DNA of 64,000 nucleotides, taken from the NCBI GenBank assembly GCA_047495785.1, contig JBLDXI010000064.1, positions 372,001 through 436,000 of the forward strand. Reading direction: 5' to 3'. The notes under the pieces are model-generated. The model searched no databases, had not been told where the DNA came from, and saw only the letters and a program-made list of their open reading frames with translations. The DNA comes from Lepidodermella squamata. Its lineage: Eukaryota; Animalia; Gastrotricha. Below, piece by piece: positions 41,181 through 53,566 of the stretch. Each line of letters begins with the position of its first letter. Positions within the stretch are counted from its first letter, which is position 1. The translations under genes and the position numbers were made by a program.

Positions 41181-41765
41181 CAATCTGGAAAGTAGCGACA
41201 AGCTGAGTCCAATCGTTCCAAGCATTCTTTCCTGCCATCTGAGCTCGCAAGCATTGTAAATACGTAAGCTGTCATATTTTGACACTTACTGCAATATCTC
41301 ATTGAATCTTTTCAACATGAGTTACTCGATTATTGTCTATTAAATGTACCTGATTCGAAATTATTAGATTTTTGGAAACGCTTATTATCATATGTTTCCC
41401 ATTGCTTTCACTGGCAAATCAAATGTATGGTGCCTTGGTCACATCAGAAGCCTGTGGTTGGTCTGCCTACACGGTTATTTCCTCGGAGTACGGTAAACAG
41501 CTGGGGCGACTGAGCGCTTTAATATTGGCCACTGGAAATGAAAGTCAATTTCTAACGACTCGTCCGCTGATGTTCTTGAATATCCATTCAGCCATTTTTC
41601 GATCGGAATAAAATGATATAAATGAGTGACTTCTCGAGGTTAACGAATGACGTCTTACTTGCCATCGCGCAATTACAGACTATTCGACGAAATTTGTCTC
41701 ACTTATAGAATTATTTGTTAAATTCCGGCCATTTGTTACCTTCTGCTATTACCACTGCTACTACA

Positions 41766-44700
41766 ATGCCAAGAACCACGTTCGGAACAAAACCTAGATC
41801 CGGAACAAAACCTAGATCCGGAACAAAAACCAAAACATCAGCTTGTTCGGAATGCAGTCAAAGTGGCGTCAACGTAGCTACTCACTGCTTTCAATGTAAC
41901 AGTCACCATGCGGCAAGTGCTTGTCCGTTTGATGCGACCTCAAACACGGCATCGCAATCGGTGAGTGCCGGGGTGCCATCGGCGGTTCCTAGTCAATCGG
42001 GAAGATCGTACGCTGTCCCAGAGAATCGGATCCAAGGGGAAAATAACGGTGTTTCGCAGCAATCGTCATCAATGATTGGTACAGCAGCTTCTCGTGCGGA
42101 GTCACAAAACCAACGCCGGTCTTTCGCGGAAGTTGTATCAGGCCGCATCGGTAGAGATGATAGTGCTACACGTGAGTTTGACGGCTGTAGTCTGTAGTGA
42201 TCTTTAATGTTTAGGGGACATTGGTTCGATATTTGAATATAAAACATATTTGCATTCAAAATAGCCCGCTCAGCGTCACTACTAATTTATGTTTACACAA
42301 GCCAGAATTCAATGTGAATACTTTTCATCGGATGCTTTCCATCGTGTACCAAATAACTATTGCAAACCATTTTTTAAACTTATTACTCGAGGAAAATTTG
42401 TTCTCTCTGGTGAAATTCGAGGTTTCTCCCCCAAAAATATCAAGATTGCCAAACTTGTTTACCTACTTAATTAACTTGTTTATTTAGCCATTAGTCGATC
42501 AGACATGGAAGTTCGGCTGCCTTCTGCCGTTATTCCTGGAAACAACGACTGGTTGCGAGCTGTCGCCCGCATGAACAACCTGGTAATCATCGACAACCTG
42601 GGGCGTGGTGATTGCCAGTTCATGGCTGTGGCGGATTGTGCAAGGAAAATCGGAATCTCATGCACTTACCAAGATTTGCGTATCCGTGCCCAGCAACGGT
42701 TTGCTACCGGGAAATACAGCCACTTGATAGTTCGAGATCCGGTAGCCGAACAAATTGCTAGGGCTAACTGCCAGCCAATACCGTCAAAGGATGCTGCTGA
42801 ATTTCTAGGTCGCATCGCATTGCCTGCATCTGATGGTGGTGATTGGGGCGACGATGTCTCACTCTTGCTGCAAGCGGACAGTCTAGATGTCAAAATCAAA
42901 CTGTTCGACGGTCGCAGTCGTGAAATTTTAGATTATGGTAGCGGCCACCGGCTCATTTACGTTGCATATGATGGTGCTATGCACTATATGGCTATGGTGC
43001 CTGTCGATTCTGGCGATTCTGATTTGCCTGTCATTTCGCCAGGAGTGCCAGGCTCCAGCTCTGGGACACTTGGTGCCAGCAATCCAAACCATACGTCGAC
43101 AGCTTCAGCGGAGAAAAGCAGAAGAAAGACAAAGTCATGCGTTAAGAAGGACAACGAGAAGGCCAACAGAAGGGTTAACGGTAATTGAAAAACGAAATTA
43201 ACCACTATGATTGGACTCGCCATTTTTAAACTACTAAACTACTTTCCTCCTTTTTAGGTCGTTTAGCCAGTCGCGCGGGGAATAGAGACTTATCACAAGG
43301 TCGTGAAGTAACTACGGGACTACCTACTCGTAAGCAGCTTACATCATGTTATATTCCACATGGGATATCGTATTAATTATTCAGTAGAACTCCCATTGTC
43401 TGCGTCTGATTGCATTACCAGATCTACAACAGTTTCTCCGCAAGCAAAAAACAACGCTGGGCAAGGAGTATACATTAATAATGAAATGGCGAGTAAGTTT
43501 AAGCAAACATTTACTTGCCATGGGTTAAACTAAAACTGTTTAAGATACTGCTGGGATTGACGTAAATAGAACGCAAAGCGCAGTTCCTCAATGTGCTCTA
43601 TGCAAAAGGAGTGAAACAAATAACTATCCTCTGCCTCTGCAGCTGGTCAACGAAGTCACTGTGAAGAAGTACGGCGCTTTGAACCAGGGCTCCAAGCACC
43701 GAAATCTGCTATTATGCAGTTGCTGCGAACTTTATCTGCTGAAAGACTCCAAGCCATTACCATTTGAAGACGCGTGGCCTGCTATAATATACGCAATTTA
43801 TTTTGACGACAAATATCGCTCAATTGCTGAGCAGCTTAAAAACCTGCTTCCGCTTTCACTGCGCGAATCTTGGGCAATCGAAATGCAGAAAACGGGGCGT
43901 GATCTGATGATGACCGATGAGCCTTTTTCCTCTGACGTATCAGATTATCATTTAAACATGGAGAAACGAGCTTATAGCTCACCAGGTTAGCAGTCACGAC
44001 GATTATTTTGTTGAATTATTTTATACTTGGTCTTGTACAGGTGCGTTCAGGCGCCAAATGGATGACTTCTGTTGTCCGCAAGTGAAGTGTGCTCTCGGCT
44101 GCTGGAATTGGCCGGAATTCTGTCGCAAACTCCCGGTGATTCACTTAATTAATCATCTAACAGGATTGCGCATCGGCAATTCGAATCATCGGCTATTGAC
44201 CGCTGCGCGTCCTGACTATCCCAATCCACCTAGGATGTATCGCGGTTGGCGGATTTCACCTGCAATGGTTGTCGACAAAGCTATGGGCCTTTGTTTTTTG
44301 GTATGCGAGAATCATGGCGACAAAGAGCTAAAAAAACAGTTCCTTCACATTCCAATTAATCCCGCATTCGATGAAGAACAACCACAAGTGCCGGAAGCAG
44401 TGGCTCCAGTTGTAACTAGTCCCAACATCGTTCGCAAGGGAAAACTAGGCTCGTACTCCGCTTCCGTTCCCGTTGTCGCTTGTGTTGGCGGCTATCATGG
44501 AATGAGCAGCTTCACAATGGCACCAAGTGTAAGCACCCTTCCAATGACCAGTGCTGACATTGCTCCTCAGCTAATGGCAGCCATTCAACGCCCCGACATC
44601 GGGCGTTGTTTTGCATCTAAAACTGGCGTCATGGATGTTGCCCATCTACTTGCGTCATTTCAGGATCAACATCCTCATGCGTCATCGCAGGCTGAAATGG

Positions 44701-47700
44701 CTTTAAGGGGCGCTACTTTCATGGACCTACCGGACGCCTTCCATTCGTGGGCTGTAATCAGAAAAGATGCAGTAGGACCTTCTACGACTAGAAATGACGT
44801 TGAAAATGTTCAAGATTCAAATCGCATGTCTATTAAAGAACTCGTGTTAAATGTCGTTCATAAAGCTGATGACTTTGGCATGAAGCCTGTGTCCTTCAAC
44901 ATACGCAATTCGGATCCCAAGTCATTAATGTACTCTGTGGTTATCGATGTGCTGCTACATTGTCGACCCGTACACAGAAATGTTCTATCGCATTACGTTA
45001 CTGCCAGTAATCGCCGCGTTGGAAATTTACCGCTCATAAAGCTTCTATCGACAGTTTCGCATATCTTCGCGGATCAGCCGGTAAAGCATATCGGAGGCAA
45101 TTCTAGTAAATTACTGTGGGGTGAGCGTGATTGCAAAACTACTGTCATCGACCACGCCCTTGATATCATCACAAATCTGTGCCCGGCAATCAACAGCGAT
45201 GAGCTGTGCCACGGCGGAAGTGAAATAATTCATCCTAGCTTGCAGATTGATGTGTGCGAAACCTCCCGACAATTCACACTCAGGAGTGGATCCCGGCACG
45301 GTCTGTCACAACTTTATTTTTCTATAACCATTTAATAGCTCCCGTATTTTTTCGCAGGCGCAAACAGCTATCTCACTCTGGACTCCGGCGTATGTAATTC
45401 TCCACTTGCATCGTATAAACCAGTCACAGACATCACCATTTGTCAAGCCAACTCAGCCGACCAAGTCCCAGTGTGCAAACTTCCTCTTCAGCTCAACGAT
45501 TCTGCTCTGCTATTCGTGCTTGTCGAGGAAAAGCTGACGACGACACAGCTGAGCAGATACAAAACGGTTATGCGTTGGAGTAGTGATTTCAAGGGCTGGT
45601 GGTCGATCGATAGCGACGGAAAAGTTGTGAAAGAGGCAGACTTTGCAAAGATGAACGGAACTGTCGTCTTTGGCATATACGCGAGACCTGGTGATAAAGC
45701 GAGGCAACATCAAGCCATTCTTTCGTCTATCGGGGGGCAAAGACAAGCCGTGTGCAAGACACACGTTCTTAAGCATGAAGGAAATGGCCTGATTAAAGTT
45801 CCACAACCACTTGCTGTTAAATGCTGTATGTATGTTCGACGCGGCCGGCAGCCGATGCAGTGTGGTAGAGTTGCATATCTCAGATGTCCAGAAGGAATCC
45901 AGCATGGCTTGACCTGTGCAACTGGCATCTGCAATTCTTGTTTCACTAAATTGCCACGCGAAAAATCGCAACGTGTCCCAGCGCCTTCCCGGTTTTACAA
46001 ATCAAAACGTGGTGCAAAGCGTCAGGACTTCGGCCCACAATCAGACGATGGTCACGACCCTGCCATGAACTTTGAAGAAGAACTAATTTTACGCGGCGAG
46101 CCTGAACTTGAGGATCCTACGACTGTTGATGAACTTCCTCCTGTTTGGATTGACGATTCTTGCTTGCCTTCGGCTAATGAAGTTCTGCTAACTGAAAATA
46201 TTGATCAAGGCGAACCCCTGCCATCATCGCATTCGTTTTCAAACCCTCAGTCTAGCATTCCCAGCAAATACCTTCTTGCCAATTATTTCCGAATCCTAGA
46301 AAGAAAACGTGCGCCTTATCAAAGCGGCAAGTCGCATTACTTATTGCAGCAAATGGTACGTGCAGGTGGCGCACCTGCTTCTTCTCTTTTGTATCCGGAA
46401 GCAAATATTTTGCCATCGATTTATTACCAGACCTTTCATAACTCCATACCTGGCGCCCTTCCTCACCATGTTTACTGTTCGCCTGATTCGAACAAGTTTC
46501 GCGGTATTGCAAGCTTGAGCGCACACAACAAGGTACGAATGGCGGATGGTGATTTGGCGACTTCTAGGACCTGGCAGTCACTTCACTGGGCTTTTGACAT
46601 AACAGTAAACGAGAAGCTTAACCATAACAGCTCTGATATGCTTTACCGTCGGGGTTTCGAGCACATAAGTGAGCGTGGAGGCTTTGGCACTGATGGCGCA
46701 CAGACCGGACTCGAGTATGATGATTTCGACTCTTCTCGCAAGATCAAGGAGTTAGCTGCTACCATGAAGGCATCGCCGTGGCAGCTTTTTTACACGTTTA
46801 CGGCGAACGATAGCGGATCACCCGGCCTGCGGCCATTTATCAACCGCCTCAAAATAGCCAGCCAAATTACTACAACTAAGAATCAGGCCGATAAGTTCAA
46901 TTACGACCTAAAGCAACGCGAAGTTGACGCTCTTGAGAAGGACCCCAAAGTTTTCCGTCAGCTTTACGATTCGAATTTTTTCCTTATTAACAAAATATGG
47001 CACAGAACGATTCACCACGTGGTTAGATTTGTAGAGCAGAGTCCGTCCATGTTGCTCGGCAAAATCGATTCGCATTTTTCACGTATCGAGTTCCAAAGCC
47101 AAGGATCTCTTGGTAATAAGTGTCACGTCCACGGTGGAGTTTCGGTTATCCAAAAAGATGGTGACCCGCCAATCGAGCATAAAATTTGCCTTGATCCCGA
47201 TCTTTTCTTTTCCAAGGAGTTTGGGACTGATTACGATTCCCTACTTGCTGATGGCCTCGTCGACGATTTAGATGATTTCGAAGACCTGCAGAAATTTATG
47301 GCGACTGTCACGCGACATATCTGCACGAATGCCGGCGAACGGTGTCTTAAACAGCGCGGAGAAAATGGAGAGGAAATGTGCAGAGTTCGTGCGCATCCAA
47401 GAAGTGAGCATCACTGGTACGAAGAGAAAGAGAATTTGTATGAAGATGAAGTTTTCGAACGCTTGCAAGCATGTGGGCTTGCAGAGCGTGTGAGTATTGG
47501 GCAGGAGGGCGATTATACATGGCGACTAAAGCACGACAAATTGAAGGCCGGCGTTCATCACTATCCTCTCAGAAGCTGCGACTTCGGAATTAAAATGCTG
47601 CCGACGATTCCCTTGTTTGCAATCATGCTTCGTTGTTCATCAAACATACAACGTTGTGACGAAAGATTCATGATTAGCTATCTAGTCAAATATTGCGCCG

Positions 47701-50700
47701 GTAAAGAAGTTAGATATAAGCCATCAGAAGTTAAAAGCACCAAAAATCCGGAAGAAGTTGTTTTTGAATCCGCCAAAGAGCCTTTGCCAAATCTGAAAAT
47801 AAGCGGTGTAGCTTTCCATGAACGAAAGCGGCTGGAAACTTCGAAAACAGAAAAGCAAACTAACATTATGGAAGTAGCTGCCACTGAAATGCACTGGGTC
47901 GTTTCAGGGTTTCCATACACTTACACCAATGTTACTCATATTCATGTCAGCACTCAACCGCCTGAGCATCGCTTAGCCTATAAATCCCAGGTGAAGCGCG
48001 GCATTCTTCGGCCAGGTATTTTTCATTGAATGTTGCCTTTTAACAATTCATAACATGCATTTGAAGGTGCCGATTCTGCAGCGTGGGATATCAATTATGA
48101 AAGGTACGGTTTCCAACCTTGGCGACTTTTCACCAGAGAACAATTGCAGCTAGCTCGCGAATATTTCGATTCCAAATTGCAACCTGGGGCGACCGAGCGG
48201 TTCAACATTCGCCCCCCAGAGCTGCTAATATTCGATAACTTAGAGCTTTTCCATCAAGTATTTGTTGCCTGCATTGAGCGAAAGAAGACAAAACTTGTTA
48301 AAGCGGTTGATCAATCGCCATGGAAGGATGCACTGAACAGATTCTACCGAATTCGTCACTGCAGTCTGCATATCGCAATCGAGTTCTTGAAAAAGCAACC
48401 CATCGATCATCCCGCTCGCCAACCTCTCCTCAGCATCTTAAATCGTCTCGTTCAAGGCGATTTAGAAATATCTGAACGCTATCTTCATTCATCATCAGCT
48501 GTTCGCGCCATTGCTGTTCCATCCACGATCGCGCCATACAATCGCCAAAAGTTCCTTTATCATGTCATCATGACGCTTGGATCTATGGAGAATGAACTCC
48601 AAACTTTCTCTTCTCCCCTATTCGCAGTCAATTTTGCAAATGCTCGCCTGGTTTCACCGCCCGAAATTTTCGATGGCGCTATGGTTCAACCAGCCTTGGA
48701 AAGCGAAGTTTTATCCATCTTCCGCCGCATCATTCTGGAGCAGCTAGTATGGCTTCCTGTTTCGGCGAAGCGCCTTGGAACATATATCCTCAAGACGTGG
48801 GAAACATTGCAAGATTATTTCTTCGGCTCGCACAGTAATGACCACGACGTACCTGCCATTTCCTACATCGCCATTAAAGGCCAAGCTGATAACAAAATTC
48901 TTGAAGCTGAATCACTTTTCAAAGAAATGCTTGTTCGCACATGCCACGCTCAGCTTGTCGCAAAAATTGTCATGCCCCCAGCCGATGAGTTTCAAGCTGC
49001 TGCTATCGAGCGCCCCGTTCAGTGGCTTCCATTACTGCGAAAATCATCTGGTAACTTATCTTGACATTTCTGAAAAAATAAACAACACTTGTGTTTACTC
49101 TAGGTCAAACCGATGAATCTCTCCAGCAACAGCAGCTTGCACTGAATCACGGCGTCAGAAAAATCGATGCATTGCTCCGACATCGCGTATCTTTCAAGCA
49201 CTCGGTCTACGTCGGTCCGCCTGGTGCAGGAAAAACATTTTTGGCTCAAGTTATTGCTATGTATGCCATTTCCAAAGGCTACAATGTCTGCCTGACAGCA
49301 CTAACCTCCGAACGTGCAAGATCTTTGGGTGGACGACACTTGCATCTCTTGTTTCCAATGCGCGTTCTGCATTCTTCTTACACACACGCACAGCTGGAAG
49401 CTCAGGAATGCATTCGCTCTCTCGGTAGAGACCCTGTGAAGGCCGAACTGCTCTACCGACTCGACGTTTTCGTCATCGAGGAAATTGGCCTCGTTTCCGC
49501 GGAAATGTTCGCCATGCTCGATTCAGTCATGAAATACGTTATGGGCAACGACCTGAAATTCGGCGGCAAGATGGTTATAGCTACTGGGGACCACGCTCAG
49601 CTACAGCCTGTTGTTGGCAGACCATTCTGGTTGTCAACGAATCTTTTGTTCGGCTTTGACATCGTGGTGCTAACGCATTATGTTCGTTCGGCAGAGGATG
49701 AGCAACTCCAGGAAATACTCCGCCTCCTGCGTCTCCCCTTCATCGATGAGAAACAGCGACAGCAAGTCATATCTACCATCATGGCGCGATCTCGTTTCTA
49801 CTCCTCATGGAATGATGTTCCAGAGCGACTTATCCGCGTTGTTACTACGCGCAACGCCGAAAAAGCCGTCGTGCAGCAGTATCTGCAGAAAAAACAGCAA
49901 CACGTCGAAGTCGTGAGATGCCAGGCAAACGATGAATTTCAGCGCAGCGCCGACACCTGGAAGGTCACAACAAACAAGACACATATCGGAAAGCTGGATC
50001 GTACTTGCTTGGAGCCGTCTGAGCTTGTCTTGTTCTTAGGGCAGTGCGTCTGCATGACGTTCAACAACATGCAATCAAATAGTCGACGATCCCAATCAAA
50101 CATTTTCTCAAGGCCAACTCGCCGTCATTAATACATTGCCCATCGACATCGCTGACCGCAATGCAAAAATCGCTGTTCGTCTTGTTCCACCTGGTGTACG
50201 ACCATCAGAAGTGATTGATCCTAACTGGCCCGTTATCGAAGTCGCCCGTCACCGCGGAATTCCTATGATCGTCGGGTCCGATGCCATGCGCGCACGCAGA
50301 GTGCAATTTCCTTTTCGGTACTACATTTGCACAACAGTTCATCGTATCATGGGTTCAACGGTGGAGGAGGGTATCGCAATTCAAATCTCGGACGTTGAAC
50401 GGCCGTTTCGAATGTGGGAAAAGGCCCAGTTTATTGTCATGGTTTCCCGTTGTCGCAATTTGAGCAGGGTGGCTTTTGTCACAACGAGCAAAGCGGCTAC
50501 ATCGCGGGCAATCGATTCGATTCTAATGAAAGATAGCGCTTACGAACGCGCTATCATCAATCGACTAACCCAGTTGAACGTTCTTAACGAAGCCCAATCT
50601 GTTATCGACGTCGAAGCTCCAGTTTTTTACGTCACCAATTCAATCAGTCCTACTGTCGACTATGGCGTTTGCTACCATCTGGTTTCGCAAACGCGCCCGT

Positions 50701-51123
50701 TTGCGTCCTACGTTGGTGAAACAATGTTCTCGGCGGAAAAGCGCCTTCGAGAGCATAACACTGGTACTTATATTTCATGTTAACAGCAGCCAATACGACA
50801 TTCTTTTTTGCTTAGGCTGCGGCGCCAATTTTACCCGTGGTGACACCTGGTTTCTCTACGGCATTGTCCACGGCTTTCAGAGCCCAGCAGCACGGAAAGC
50901 CTTCGAAACACGAGTTCATAAAAAGTTGGAGACCACTTTCTTTCCCTGGCAAGTCAGAGCAGCCGTTGCGGAACTCGTTGCAATCATCAACACGGATATG
51001 TTAGCAACGCAACAGCTAATTATTGTTCAGTTCGGACGGGTTGATGAACAACGTGTTCGTCTTATCGCTGAAACCCGTCGTGTCATGGATCAGCTAAAAA
51101 CATTTGTTAAAGAAGACGATTGA
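41766..51123 (+). CDS. Helitron-type RepHel polyprotein (~2,850 aa predicted): Cys/His N-terminus, OTU protease, Cys-rich region, HUH-Y2 Rep, Pif1 (SF1B) helicase, GIY-YIG nuclease; one apparent frameshift near 50060-50100
   Basis: OTU: GRGDCQFMAV..DWGD..YDGAMHY. Rep: FYTFTAND (~46790), IEFQSQG..HVHG (~47085-47135), YLVKY (47679-47693). Helicase: GPPGAGKT, VIEEIGLVS, FGGKMVIATGDHAQLQPV, QFPF..TTVHRIMGST, QFIVMVSR. GIY-YIG: GVCYHL..YVGET..RLREHNTG|CGANFT..W..GF..FE. Phase-compatible introns at 42172-42487, 43181-43257, 43330-43387, 43493-43544, 43986-44040, 45301-45357, 48016-48066, 49051-49103, 50764-50815; the 5' exons are less certain. Confidence 0.9.
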
Positions 51124-52252
51124 TTTTCTGTCATTTTGTCATTATGAACTTTTCGCCGAACTCAGAAAGTCGCTCAAATATACCCTGGAGGATAGAGATG
51201 AATACCGAATTTTAATTTTGTGCTTCAGTCGCCATGTATCGCCCTCCTGCCCAACAATCACTCGCTCTGACGAGCTTCATGTTCTATCGGCTTTTCTTAC
51301 TTTTAGATATTTTCTATCATTTTCTGATCATATTAGCTTGCCATGCCTCTTGCGAAAGTAGGTGACCCCGGCAAATGCAAAGCTTCCACGACTTCTGGTG
51401 ATTCTGGTGCCGATGCCACTGCGAGTCAATCAAACTACTTCCATCCGGTACTCCGATTGCAAGACCATCTCAGACGCTCCGGGAGGAGAGTTTCATCCGA
51501 AAAGCGTATCAGCTTGTAGAAACAACGTTTCATTGATGGCAACTACTATTCAATTGCAAACTTTCACATCTTCAGCCATCATAAACTCAACTTGAGACAT
51601 GAGAATTACTGTTTTTTTAGATTTTTATTTCATCAATTATGACGCAATCCGCTGGTGACTACTATTCAGTTACTTCTTCACCTACCTCCGCTCGACCTAT
51701 TTCACACAAGCTGAACCATTACGGCTCAGGAATTATGTTTCTTAGAGGGTTCCAGCACCTCAGTGAGCCTTGCGGCTTCCGCAATGACGCAGCACAAACC
51801 GAGGTGCAGTATCCCGACAGCTATCTCGCCAAATATTGCGCCGGGAAAGAAGCCAGATATGAGCCATCCATCAAACTTACTAAGAATTCGGCAAACAGCA
51901 GCAAACCGTGATAAAAAACTGGTTGTCATGAATGAACGTTGCACTGTTTCTCGAAAGCGACTCCTTGCTGGTTACTCATTATACTTTTCGAGGACAGCTC
52001 GGCGATAGCAATGGCTTTGCAAAATCTTATTATGCATCGAATTCTGGTGGAATAAATACTTCTCATGAATGTTACTTGTTGCTAACAAAAACCGCCTTTG
52101 CCAATCCTTTGCCATTGACATTCCTTTCCCCGTTTTGGAGGGTGGGGGAAATAAAAACCGGCCGACCTTATTTCATCAATAACTTCACCAAATATAATCC
52201 GATTTTGAAAATTTTTGCGGCAACCGGCAGCTGGTGCCCCGTTTTTCTAGAT

Positions 52253-53566
52253 GGTTGCGCACCAAAGGTCCCACAGGGACGGAGTCCCCAATACAAAATG
52301 CCGCATGGCGCTTTAGCTATCGCTGCCAAGCGTATGAGGTATATGGCGGTACCACATTTTTCGCATAGGGAAACGAATATTACAGTTACAAAATTAAAAA
52401 AAATACTGAAAAATCGGCGAGCTTTTTAAGTCTCATGTAAAAACTTTCCAGCATAATCGCAATAATTTCTGATTTTTAAACAATTAAAAACGAAAAAATC
52501 GCTTTATTGATTACGCAACAACTTGACCTAACGGCGCTAGGTCACCGGTGCCGTACGCCACCACCGCCGCGCGCGCGACGGACGCGCGCGCACACGACAC
52601 CTATTGCGTAATCGCCGGCGCACAGCTATAACCGCGCGCACATTGTGGTAGCGCTAGGAGCGCAACAGGTAGTGGCGCTCGAAACTTTTTATATGCCGTT
52701 AAAAACTTTTTATGAATTACCGGCTGCCTCCCTCCCCCGGGGGAGGGAGGCTTCAATCATCTTTCTTAAAAAACATGATATTCAACCCCAGTTTGGAGGG
52801 TGGGGGGAAATAAAAACCGGCCGATCTTATTTCATCTATAACTTCACCAAAAATAATCCGATTTTGAAAATTTTTGCGGCAACCGGCAGCTGGTGCCCCG
52901 TTTTTCTAGATGGTTGCGCACCAAAGGTCCCACAGGGACGAAGTCCCCAATAAGCGACAGAGTACGGCGCATCAGCGACTGCTGATGCAGAAGGGGTTAT
53001 GGCCGCTTTGGAATACCTTGCTAGGGAAATTCCTGTGATACATGTAGAAAATCTAAAAATACCAAAAAATCGGGCAGGCTTTCAAGTGGCGGGTAGAAAC
53101 TTTTCATTTTTTCCGCATCAATTGCTGATTTTTAAAGAATTAAAAACGAAAAAATCGCTTAATCGATGACGCAACAACTTGACCTAACGGCGCTAGGTCA
53201 CCGGTGCCGTACGCCACCACCGCCGCGCGCGCGTCGGTCGCGCGCGCACACGACACCTATTGCGTAATCGCCGGCGCACTGCTATAACCGCGCGCACACA
53301 GTGGCAGCGCTAGGAGCGCAACAGGTAGTGGCGCTCGAAACTTTTTATTCGCCGTTAAAAACTTTTTATGAATTACCAGCTGCCTCCCTCCCCCGGGGGA
53401 GGGAGGCATCAGTTATCTTTCTTTAAAAACATGATATTCAACCCCGGTTTGGAGGGTGGGGGAAATAAAAACCGGCCGATCTTATTTCATCAATAACTTC
53501 ACCAAAAATAATCCGAATTTGAAAATTTTTGCGGCAACCGGCAGCTGGTGCCCCGTTTTTCTAGAT
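52253..53566 (+). mobile_element. Two type A units (52253-52911, 52912-53566)
   Basis: TTCTAGAT|GGTTGCG junctions directly after the large element's 3' end. Confidence 0.9.

Larger units (their letters stand above)
10974..52252 (+). mobile_element. ~41 kb composite autonomous-type Helitron-like element (two 5' ends joined, internal duplication, satellites, accessory genes, RepHel gene)
   Basis: 5' ~440-480 bp homologous to type A at 10974, 13216 and 23092. 3' ~120 bp (52130-52252) matches the type A end, with subterminal hairpin and CTAG. HUH Rep + Pif1 gene lies on the same strand upstream of the CTAG end. Confidence 0.85.

Noticed and set aside
10974-52911. LTR or DIRS retrotransposon with type A units as LTRs
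   Set aside because: No RT, integrase or tyrosine recombinase. The units are internal-deletion derivatives sharing ends with a HUH/Pif1 element.
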